DNA of 52,944 nucleotides. It comes from Minisyncoccota bacterium. GTDB lineage: Bacteria; Patescibacteriota; Minisyncoccia; Phycocordibacterales; UBA918. Positions 45,244-52,944 of the stretch are shown one piece after another. The first letter of the stretch is position 1, and each line of letters opens with the position of its first letter. The stretch lies in contig CALJTT010000005.1 of the NCBI GenBank assembly GCA_937975855.1, positions 1-52,944 on the forward strand. Direction: 5' to 3'. The translations under genes were made by a program, and so were the position numbers. The notes under the pieces were generated by a model. That model was not told the DNA's origin. It searched no databases and saw only the letters and a program-made list of their open reading frames with translations.

Positions 45244-47364
45244 ATGAAAGAAGATGGATTTCCGCCACCAGAGAGAGAAGTTGACGCTATAGAAATTTTG
45301 GAAGAGCGTTTTCCTGAATCTGAATATGTTTCAGAGATAACCCACCCAGAAACTGGCGAGTCTTTTCGGGTTTTTGACTTGCAAACAATGAAAGACTTTG
45401 TTGGCAAGAGGCTGGAAGTTTCTTTGCAAAACAAAAAACACCGCGTCAATAAATTCAAAGTCTTAAACGCTTTGTTTGAGAGACATCAAGGAGAAATTTG
45501 TCTAACTTCTGAGCAAGTTTCACAAGGTAATTTTGATGCGAAACCTTTATTCTACTCCCCGGTCTCTGCCGAGAGTGCAGGAGATTCACTTGAAATCGCA
45601 GACGCTGAATTCCAGATACCTTTATGGGAATTAAGGCCTACAGAACTTAGCGATCGTGATCGAGAATATCCTACAGAAGGAGAAGACTCTCTCACTAACC
45701 TTGAAGCATATGCAGGAATTACATTATTTCATCCAGATTACGGTGATGCTAGGCGCAACCCAAGGGATGGTAAATTATACGTAAAGAATCCTGACTATGA
45801 CTCACAAGATCCCGAGAGTCCCAAAAGAATAGAGCTCAACGATACTGCTCTTCGTTTGTATAATTTGGCCAGCGCCTTGAGAACTAGAAAAACTGCAGAC
45901 GGTCTCGAGAATAGGACTGCCCGAGAGGGTCTATTAGAAGACTTGCCGAACTTGTTAGCGAGTGGCGCGCTAAAATTAGAGGACTTGCCAGAAGTAACCT
46001 TGTCAAAAGATGGAGGGTATCATGAAGACTTTATTGACAAGCAAGTTGCAAAAAATGGATTTGTGAACCTGGCTGGCGTTCGCCAGTATTCTGGCAAACA
46101 ATATGCTGGTATGGAAGTTCGTTCACTAGGAAAAGAAAATGCGATAGTTTTTGATTCCGAAGGAAATTTGGTTTCCAGCTTTACAGTAGTGCCAAAAGGA
46201 TTAGCGATTACAGACGAGGTGGAGAGTACGGGTAAGATTATCCCCCGGACTAACGCCAAGTTAACCAAGCCGATCCACGTTAACTACAAAAAACTGGTCC
46301 CTGATGTTGATGAAGGATTTCGTTCGGAAACAGTTATTCATAAACGGGAGGCAATCGCAGCACAAGTTACGCAGGCAGTTAGGCAGATCTTAGAGCTTGC
46401 AAATAACGCTGAGGCGTTGCTAAAAAGTGAGTACAATGAAGATATTGTTGACGCCAACATGGTCACAGCAGTCCGGAATGATTTACTTGATCAGGCGAAA
46501 AGGGTGATTGTTTTAGCGAGTACCAGCCCTGACGCCGAAATTCTAGAACAACAGTTAGAGATCTTTGAGGCAGACACTCGTGCATTCGTGGCGTTGAGTA
46601 AAAACACAGGCTTAGAACAATTGCTTGAAAGACCACTAGAAAAAGTTCCAGCCTCCGAGTTATCAGAGGATGACAAAACAACCATGCGTGATTTACTGGA
46701 GGCTAATTATTTGGCTGAATATCCTGGCGAAGAAAACGAATCTTTCCGTGACGGCGTCGCCGCTTCTTTTGAAGATGCTTTACAATTACCGGATACAGAA
46801 TTTTTTATACTTCGTGATCAAGACCGAATAGTGAGTTTCAATCGGTTTGACCACATGGAAGATAAACAGGGTCAGTTGCAATATTTTGGCTCCTTTAATG
46901 CCAGCCCTCTATATAAGGGAATAGGTGGAAATTTGTTAGAAGAAACTATTGCTGTACGTTTGCAAGAAACAGAGAGAATCTTTGCCCATTGCGATCCCAA
47001 CTCCGTCATCAGCCAGAAGTACATCGAGTCAGGTTTTTCAGCCACGCAGTTAGGTGAAGCTTGGGGTAAGCCAAGTTTTGAAATCTGGCGTTCCAGAAAA
47101 TCAAACGACGATCTGAAAACCAAAGTAATGTCAATTGAAGATTTAAAAGATCTGGCCTCGGTTTCTGTGAGTCCAGATGATGATTATTTTGTACGTGAGG
47201 TTGAAGAGAAAGACTCTTTCGAAGAGCTTGATGATGGACTATCTTATCTTTTGACTCGTTATTTTACACACGAAGGCAAAACTTACGCTGCGTTTGAGCT
47301 AAATACAGAATTATCTAAATCTTTTGTACACGTAGAGCCTGAAGAGGAAGGGCTTGTTGCCTAG
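45244..47364 (+). CDS. Large acidic protein with C-terminal GNAT-like domain
   Basis: 706 aa; FGSFNASPLYKGIGG...FAHC...YIESGF. Confidence 0.7.
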   Translation: MKEDGFPPPEREVDAIEILEERFPESEYVSEITHPETGESFRVFDLQTMKDFVGKRLEVSLQNKKHRVNKFKVLNALFERHQGEICLTSEQVSQGNFDAKPLFYSPVSAESAGDSLEIADAEFQIPLWELRPTELSDRDREYPTEGEDSLTNLEAYAGITLFHPDYGDARRNPRDGKLYVKNPDYDSQDPESPKRIELNDTALRLYNLASALRTRKTADGLENRTAREGLLEDLPNLLASGALKLEDLPEVTLSKDGGYHEDFIDKQVAKNGFVNLAGVRQYSGKQYAGMEVRSLGKENAIVFDSEGNLVSSFTVVPKGLAITDEVESTGKIIPRTNAKLTKPIHVNYKKLVPDVDEGFRSETVIHKREAIAAQVTQAVRQILELANNAEALLKSEYNEDIVDANMVTAVRNDLLDQAKRVIVLASTSPDAEILEQQLEIFEADTRAFVALSKNTGLEQLLERPLEKVPASELSEDDKTTMRDLLEANYLAEYPGEENESFRDGVAASFEDALQLPDTEFFILRDQDRIVSFNRFDHMEDKQGQLQYFGSFNASPLYKGIGGNLLEETIAVRLQETERIFAHCDPNSVISQKYIESGFSATQLGEAWGKPSFEIWRSRKSNDDLKTKVMSIEDLKDLASVSVSPDDDYFVREVEEKDSFEELDDGLSYLLTRYFTHEGKTYAAFELNTELSKSFVHVEPEEEGLVA

Positions 47365-48155
47365 ATCTCTACTCCACCAGCACATCCCCACAAACTCTCA
47401 AATAAATACTTGTGTGTACCAGCAATAAACTGGTCGGTGATAATGATCCCCACCATGTATTCGTCAGTCAACGTAATATAAGACACTTTGTTGTCATATA
47501 TCTGCATGACGGTCTGAAAGGAAGAAAGCGACTCGCCAGCCTTTATGAGCTTGGTGTGAGTCACTTCTCCGTCATACGAAGTCAAAAATTTTCGGGCCTC
47601 AGGAGAATCAATTACTAAACCACGCTTCTTTACATCTTTGTCTTCCCTCATAACGGAATACTCGGCGTTGAGATCAGGTATATATTTAGAAATAGATTCC
47701 AGATCTGCGTAGGTAAGAATCTCTTCTGTGGCAGTGAGGCTATCCATCAACACTTCCCAAACTCCGTCCTTTCCTTCATAAAACTGCACACCTGGCTTTC
47801 CGACACTTAGGTTAAATAGAGACGATAGTTTTCCAGAGGTGGTCAAGAACTGTTGTCTGGTCCGTTCGATACGCTCTTTTTGGTCGTCGATTACTTTAGA
47901 TATCGCCACTGGATGTTTTGGCACGAAACGCGCCACCTTGCTGCCAGTGCTTACTTTTTGGGCTAGTTCAAGAGTAATTAATTCCTCAAGTATTTTATAT
48001 ACAAATGGCCGTGATAGGGCCGTACCGCTTGGAATAGCTTTAGCGATAGAGCTTGCTGGAGACTCTCCCAGCTTTAAAAGCACCTCATATACAATAGCTT
48101 GCTCGCTTGAAAGGCCAGCATCGGTGATTTGTTGGGTATATTCTAATTGGATCAT
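47361..48155 (-). CDS. TrmB-family transcriptional regulator
   Basis: AGLSSEQAIVYEVLL, KPGVQFYEGKDG, IYDNKV, FESLW. Confidence 0.9.
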   Translation of the reverse strand: MIQLEYTQQITDAGLSSEQAIVYEVLLKLGESPASSIAKAIPSGTALSRPFVYKILEELITLELAQKVSTGSKVARFVPKHPVAISKVIDDQKERIERTRQQFLTTSGKLSSLFNLSVGKPGVQFYEGKDGVWEVLMDSLTATEEILTYADLESISKYIPDLNAEYSVMREDKDVKKRGLVIDSPEARKFLTSYDGEVTHTKLIKAGESLSSFQTVMQIYDNKVSYITLTDEYMVGIIITDQFIAGTHKYLFESLWGCAGGVEI

Positions 48156-48184
48156 GGTTGTATAATAACAGCTATTCTTGTAAT

Positions 48185-48202
48185 TGTCACAATACTGTGA
48201 CA
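48185..48202. promoter_or_regulatory. Palindromic operator candidate TGTCACA-ATAC-TGTGACA
   Basis: Perfect 7-bp inverted repeat 30 bp upstream of the TrmB start. Confidence 0.65.
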
Positions 48203-48283
48203 GAAATATGTTGATAAATAAGTAATTTGAGCACTTAAAAACAACAATATAAGCAGATATAGCAACATGTTTGTATAAAGTAT

Positions 48284-48312
48284 TTGACAATACAATAATA
48301 ATCTGCTATAGT
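48284..48312 (+). promoter_or_regulatory. Strong sigma70 promoter TTGACA-17-TATAGT with extended TG
   Basis: Direct motif match. Confidence 0.8.
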
Positions 48313-48318
48313 ATAGAA

Positions 48319-48917
48319 AGTTAAGAAGCAAGACAAGGAGAGAGAACCGAGTCACTTCAAGGAGAGAGATCCTTCCAGGGAATCAAGAGAAATACAACCC
48401 GAGACGCTCACGCAGCAAAGCTGCTGGTGACCACAGCCAAAAGTGTGGCAGACAAAGAGTGAAAGGAACAACTTGTATCACTCAACGATTCGTTTGCAGA
48501 TGCTGGAAAGAGGCCGCAAACCCCTTTCATCACAAGGCATCACCCGCAAAACCCGCAATCATTGATTGCAGGAACGTCGGCTGGGCACAACTCCCTAACC
48601 AAGAGTTGTTTCCAGAAACGTTCCTTAGCCCTGACCTGATAAGTCAAGGATGAGAGGAGAGAGAATTGACAACTGAATATCAAACAAGCTGCCGGGCTAA
48701 ACACCTGGTGGCAGAAACTGGAACACAAGCGAACCAAAAACTGCTTGTGTCTCCACACTACACCCCAAGCCTTAGATAGGAGTTGGAGGGTGGTGTGGCG
48801 ATCTCAGGAGAGAGCCCGTTCAGTATCTATGCAGGGAGTACCTGTAGTAGCAATAGTCTGAATGAAAACGGTCCGCCATACGCAATAGTGCGTAGGATCA
48901 CAGAGGGAGTACCTCAA
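48319..48917 (+). ncRNA. ~600-nt hairpin-array RNA / 5' leader
   Basis: About 12 consecutive stems; GGAGAGAG x4; AGG-GAGTA-CCT x2; no convincing ORF. Confidence 0.7.
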
Positions 48918-49616
48918 ATGCAAATCGTATTTAAAACCGCCGATGACCGTGATTTTTCCAGTGTTGATTTTCAACGCTGGATTGAGACGGAAGGGGTCGG
49001 TTTCGAGACTGACTTTGATTCTTGTGCCAGCTTCTCTGAAGCGGGCAGCGAAAAACGCCCACGTTTAGTGTGGACGACTTCTTGGTCTGGTTTTGTTTAC
49101 AAGTGGATCGTAAACAAAAAGTGGTGGGTCTATGATGGTGCTGAGAAAGGTTTCTTAGCCCAAGACCTCCTGCCGCCAGTTCTGGCTGAGGCCAAAGACG
49201 TGGAGATCGTCCGTGTCTTTGGTACTTACGGAAACTTCGAGGGCCCAGATGCTCTCGAATCCTACCAGAGCGCAAAGCGCTGGTGGGAAGAAATCACAGG
49301 GGTCTTCTACGACTCCTTTGAAACGTTCGGCTTCTTCCATCACGGTGGGTGGAAGAAGTCGGAATGGACCAAGCTCGTTTATGAGCTGGTTCAGAACCCC
49401 GAAATGCAGTTCGAAAACCTCGACGAAGCCGAGGTTGCTCGACTGGAAAAAGCCGAGGCGATCACATGGGCCTATCGTAGGCTTTGTGACCGCACTTCGG
49501 GTGGTCACAGTATTGGCGCAGGACGTATGAGCCTCCGCCAATTTGCTGAATTGATCGTCTACATGCGGTCAATTCACCAGGATCATTGGCCGAATACGCC
49601 AGTGACTCCGATGTAA
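48918..49616 (+). CDS. Hypothetical protein (232 aa, Trp-rich)
   Basis: ATG 48918 follows an SD-containing hairpin. Confidence 0.75.
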   Translation: MQIVFKTADDRDFSSVDFQRWIETEGVGFETDFDSCASFSEAGSEKRPRLVWTTSWSGFVYKWIVNKKWWVYDGAEKGFLAQDLLPPVLAEAKDVEIVRVFGTYGNFEGPDALESYQSAKRWWEEITGVFYDSFETFGFFHHGGWKKSEWTKLVYELVQNPEMQFENLDEAEVARLEKAEAITWAYRRLCDRTSGGHSIGAGRMSLRQFAELIVYMRSIHQDHWPNTPVTPM

Positions 49617-49621
49617 AAACT

Positions 49622-49832
49622 GTTCCGGGGCGTTCGCGCCTCGGAACCTTCTCGAACTGAAGTAAAAAGTTTATGGTTTTCTTAAACTACAAGATGGCAT
49701 CTTGGTTTGAGATTCTTATAAAGTGTCTGATTTGTTCAGATGCTTTTAGGAAATACCGCTCAAACCGGCCTGCTTAGCAGGAAACAATAGTTTGGTGAGT
49801 CTCATGATGAGGCGATAAATCCGGGAGGATTA
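49622..49832 (+). ncRNA. Intercistronic hairpin array
   Basis: About six adjacent stems, including GTTCCGGGGCG-TTCG-CGCCTCGGAAC. Confidence 0.55.
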
Positions 49833-49835
49833 GAT

Positions 49836-50261
49836 ATGCTCAAGTTTGAAGCAACTTTCGGCGTCACCGCCGGTTACGGTCACGGCAACGCCGGTGGCAC
49901 CGCCGATCCAGCGGCCGTCGTGGCCCGCGTTTGGCGTGAGGCACTGGAGGCAGAATTTGCTGTTTCCAAAATTTTGGTCGGCGGCATTGTGACCGCCGGT
50001 CGGGTGGTTTACCCGGCCGACTTTGGCTGCCCGGATGATGGGGAGGTCGTCGCCACAGTCAGTGGCGATGCTAATCCAAAATTCGTCGAGCCTGACAAGC
50101 TCGACGATTTCCGCGAGGCGGTTATTCGCGTCGTGGAAACGGTCAAGGACGCGCTCAAGCAAGAGCGCGTTCAGCTGGTATTCGCCAGCAACTTTGGGTT
50201 CGTTTACTACGAACCCGAGTCGACCGGCGGGACGCAGCGCTGGGGTTGCGCTGCAGACTAA
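49836..50261 (+). CDS. Hypothetical protein (141 aa)
   Basis: GGAGG SD; alpha/beta pattern; GVTAGY and FGCP-x-x-GE. Confidence 0.75.
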   Translation: MLKFEATFGVTAGYGHGNAGGTADPAAVVARVWREALEAEFAVSKILVGGIVTAGRVVYPADFGCPDDGEVVATVSGDANPKFVEPDKLDDFREAVIRVVETVKDALKQERVQLVFASNFGFVYYEPESTGGTQRWGCAAD

Positions 50262-50482
50262 AAGAATGAAGAGTGACGACAGGTCGCTCTTCATTTTCCG
50301 GCAGGAAATAAATCATGCAGGTTGGTTAAGTCTCGCAGGTTGGTTTGGTTACCAGACTGCGAGCTCCATTTGAGGACTTCATTGCGTATGCGGTGGAGAG
50401 TTCAAATGGGGATATAAAACCCAAAGAAATGAGGAGTAACACTCCGCCAAAAGTGAGTGTAAAAAATTGAAGGAGAAAAGAA

Positions 50483-51193
50483 GTGGGAAAGAAACGTAGA
50501 GGCAATAGAAAAAATAATTTTTCTCCTCTGGCTACAACGCCAGAGGCAGCGGAAAAAATAAACAAAAATCAGCGCCTGCAAGAAATTTTGCAGGCGCTTG
50601 GCGCCGAACCGACACTCTATCGAAAGATAGGGAGTCATTCGTATTACGGTACGGGTGGCGATAGATGGAGGTCATCGACCCTCAGGTCCTACCAGACGGT
50701 CACCTATCAGGTGACCGGCGGAAAAAGGATTGATATCGGTGATCTCTCCCAAAAGGAGCTGGTCAATGCGGGAATTCGCATTGTGGATCAATCATGGGAA
50801 GAAGCGCAGGCGGCTGCCGAAAAGCAACGTCGCCTGCGTAATGCTGTCCGGCGTGCGATTGAAACGACGCGATATGAGATCGTGTCGTTTAGTAAAAAGT
50901 CGAACACCAAAGGCATTCGAGCTAGCCGCCAGGGTACGTTACTACAGCTGCGCGCTCGACCGCATGATTACGGTGAGCGCGTAAACGTAAATGGTGACTT
51001 TGGTGGTCATCGTTTACGCAACATGGGTGGCGGATACACGAGTATTCGCCGTGTCGACCAAAACAAGTGGGTGAACATGCCTGCAAAGTTCTGGTCACTT
51101 CAGCAAGACGAATTGTGTGACTTTCTAGCACAGTTCGTCACAGAAGAGGATTTGGCCCAAGAAAACAAGGGAGAATGTCGTGACGCAATTTAG
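50483..51193 (+). CDS. Basic hypothetical protein (236 aa)
   Basis: AAGGAG SD before GTG; Arg/Lys-rich. Confidence 0.7.
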   Translation: MGKKRRGNRKNNFSPLATTPEAAEKINKNQRLQEILQALGAEPTLYRKIGSHSYYGTGGDRWRSSTLRSYQTVTYQVTGGKRIDIGDLSQKELVNAGIRIVDQSWEEAQAAAEKQRRLRNAVRRAIETTRYEIVSFSKKSNTKGIRASRQGTLLQLRARPHDYGERVNVNGDFGGHRLRNMGGGYTSIRRVDQNKWVNMPAKFWSLQQDELCDFLAQFVTEEDLAQENKGECRDAI

Positions 51194-51599
51194 TCTTAAA
51201 TCCAGGAGGCGACTCTTAGAGAGTCGCCTCGACTCTCTCCAGAAGCGAGTCGAAAACGCGAAATGGTTCTTGCTAGGACTAGATGTCCAGCAGAAGCCTT
51301 TTGTTCTCGGGGAGGAAAGTATCTTCTATGGAGTTAGGGTATATCCTTACTTCCATGAAGAGGTTGATAAACTCGAACGAGAAATAAAAAAAGACCTGAA
51401 AAGGGTCAAAGACAAAATTACCGAGATCAACGTGCACCTCAAGCGAGGTGCACGACCGAAAGAAAAAGATTTGGGTCGAGCGTTCACCGAATCTCGGTTC
51501 GGGACTAGTGACAGAGTTTACTTCGTTACGAGTCATGTCTTTGCTGGCCAAGAAATAAACGGACAGACGCTTGAATATATCAATCGTTTATGCAAATGA
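51180..51599 (+). CDS. Basic hypothetical protein (139 aa)
   Basis: GGGAG SD; overlaps the previous gene; terminator 51630-51665 follows. Confidence 0.65.
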   Translation: MTQFSLKSRRRLLESRLDSLQKRVENAKWFLLGLDVQQKPFVLGEESIFYGVRVYPYFHEEVDKLEREIKKDLKRVKDKITEINVHLKRGARPKEKDLGRAFTESRFGTSDRVYFVTSHVFAGQEINGQTLEYINRLCK

Positions 51600-51694
51600 T
51601 TGATCGAGGTTCTTCCAAAGTAAAGGTTACCCCAACCGCACGGTTATGTGGTTGGGGGTTTTATTAGACTCCCGAAACATCGGTGGTCTATAGA

Positions 51695-51815
51695 GTTATT
51701 CCTACAAAACAGACGATATACCATACTGCGTACATTTTCGTGTCACGACCACTGTCGGGCTCGATCTATCTCTCTCCGTGTACGCTTGGTATGTCTTCTG
51801 TGTTGTGGGTGTAAT
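51695..51815 (+). ncRNA. Long irregular stem-loop with pyrimidine-rich bubble
   Basis: 51701-51723 pairs with 51787-51809 (G-U pairs on +); ATCTCTCTCC lies in the bubble. Confidence 0.55.
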
Positions 51816-52004
51816 GTATTTAAAACACAAAACCGCCCTGGCTGAGGACGGTCTTGCAATTGTGTGATGGGAAATAGTGGTGGTAGCCTCTAAGTATTTC
51901 CTACATAGTGTTTTACCTCCACTACCCAAAAATTATAGCATACGAGTTTTGAGAAAAAGAAAAGGCGGGACAATTAGTCCCGCCTTTTCTTTGTACCTGC
52001 CTGT

Positions 52005-52277
52005 TTATTTTACAGAGTCCTTTAGAGCCTTTGCTGCTCGGAACTTTGGTACCCGCATTGCTGGCACTTGAACAGCTTCTCCTGTTCGTGGGTTTCGAGC
52101 TTCTCGAGCGTTTCGCATCTTTGCTTCAAAGATACCAAACCCTGCGACTGATACTTGATCCCCATCTTTCATCGCTGCTTCGATTGTTTCGAAGACGCAG
52201 TCTACTGCGCGCTCTGCGTCAGCTTTTGTAGTGTCGAGTACCTCGTGCACTTTGCTGGTGATGTCTGCTTTGTTCAT
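52005..52277 (-). CDS. hup: HU DNA-binding protein
   Basis: MNKAD...GFGIF...ARNPRTGE...PKFRAAKALK. Confidence 0.96.
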   Translation of the reverse strand: MNKADITSKVHEVLDTTKADAERAVDCVFETIEAAMKDGDQVSVAGFGIFEAKMRNAREARNPRTGEAVQVPAMRVPKFRAAKALKDSVK

Positions 52278-52450
52278 AGTGTTAAAAATTATTCAGTCGT
52301 GCGTATCGCGACGTGCCGCACGGTTATTAATGCAGTACAAGCATTATATAGTAACGTATCTTAAAAGCGCAATCAGCCGCACAGGGAAAAGGTGTGTTGT
52401 AATTTATTCTGCTTTTGCGCAAAGCTCGCCCGGTTGTTAGGATACCCAAC

Positions 52451-52944
52451 ATGAAAATTGGAGTAATGGGCGCAGCCGGCAGTTTTACAGAGCAAGCCGC
52501 CCTGACGTACGCAGCAAAAAATAATTGGAATGATCCAGACGGAAACTTATTGGTAGAGATAACCGCTGTACTGCAGGCCCTCTCAGACGGTGTGGTCGAC
52601 GTGGCTGTATTTCCGATTCAGAACTCTGTCAGTGGCATTGTCGAGTCGTCTATTCGCGGCATGGCGCAGTTTACGTTCACGGTAGAAGATCTGTTCGAGA
52701 TGGAGATCGACCAAAACTTGCTGGTAAAGCCTGGAACCACAGCTTCACACGTGACCGAGATTACATCACAACGTCCAGCGATTGGGCAGTGTAAGTCTTA
52801 CCTAGAGCGTGTGTGGGACGGCACAACTGTCAGCGAGTATGTCGATACAGCCAAAGCCGCCGCTGACCTGTCGAACGGCACCCTGTCAGCTACAACTGCG
52901 GTCATCGCGTCAGCTCGATGTGCAGAGATCTACGGGCTAGAGAT
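52451..52944 (+). CDS. pheA: Prephenate dehydratase domain protein (partial)
   Basis: Hand translation: MKIGVMGAAGSFTEQAA...FPIQNSVSG...AIGQC...DTAKAA...YGLE. Confidence 0.85.
   Translation, partial: MKIGVMGAAGSFTEQAALTYAAKNNWNDPDGNLLVEITAVLQALSDGVVDVAVFPIQNSVSGIVESSIRGMAQFTFTVEDLFEMEIDQNLLVKPGTTASHVTEITSQRPAIGQCKSYLERVWDGTTVSEYVDTAKAAADLSNGTLSATTAVIASARCAEIYGLE

Noticed and set aside
48319-48917. Glycine riboswitch, group II intron or CsrB assignment for the long RNA
   Set aside because: No CCGAAG aptamer core and no 34-nt domain V; about 15 GGA in 600 nt is only modest enrichment, and few are in loops.
1-52944. CRISPR array, IS transposase or prophage structural genes
   Set aside because: I saw no regularly spaced repeats and no cas, transposase, capsid or terminase motifs.

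Overview
This window looks like chromosome from a Patescibacteria/CPR (Parcubacteria-like) bacterium. That is inferred from the gene mix (TrmB regulators, membrane-anchored Clp ATPase, tRNA-linked HTH/LAGLIDADG-like protein), the many leaderless genes and the lack of complete biosynthetic operons; the genetic code is standard. Housekeeping genes include rpsO, a Xer-type recombinase, csp, xth, cca, yraN, ilvE, iaaA, mscS, HU, pheA and 4 tRNAs, mixed with NUDIX/ITPase house-cleaning genes, orphans and decayed fragments. Most notable: (1) four unannotated leader-peptide attenuators with complete 1:2/2:3/3:4 pairing. One leader is Ile/Leu/Val-rich, one Tyr/Phe/Trp-rich, one has Gln-His-His and one is Thr/Val/Pro-rich. 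They precede orphan genes and peptide-ligase genes rather than biosynthetic operons. (2) A ~4.6 kb element in tRNA-Gly(TCC) carries an HUH Rep and a large serine integrase whose attP lies inside its own 3' end, so integration swaps the integrase C-terminus. (3) An orphan operon divergent from a TrmB gene is wrapped in ~1.2 kb of hairpin-array RNA, with four GGAGAGAG motifs in the leader and their complement in the trailer. (4) tRNA-trailing palindromic elements. (5) Six parS-like sites in and around yraN. All structures were folded by eye; no searches were run.
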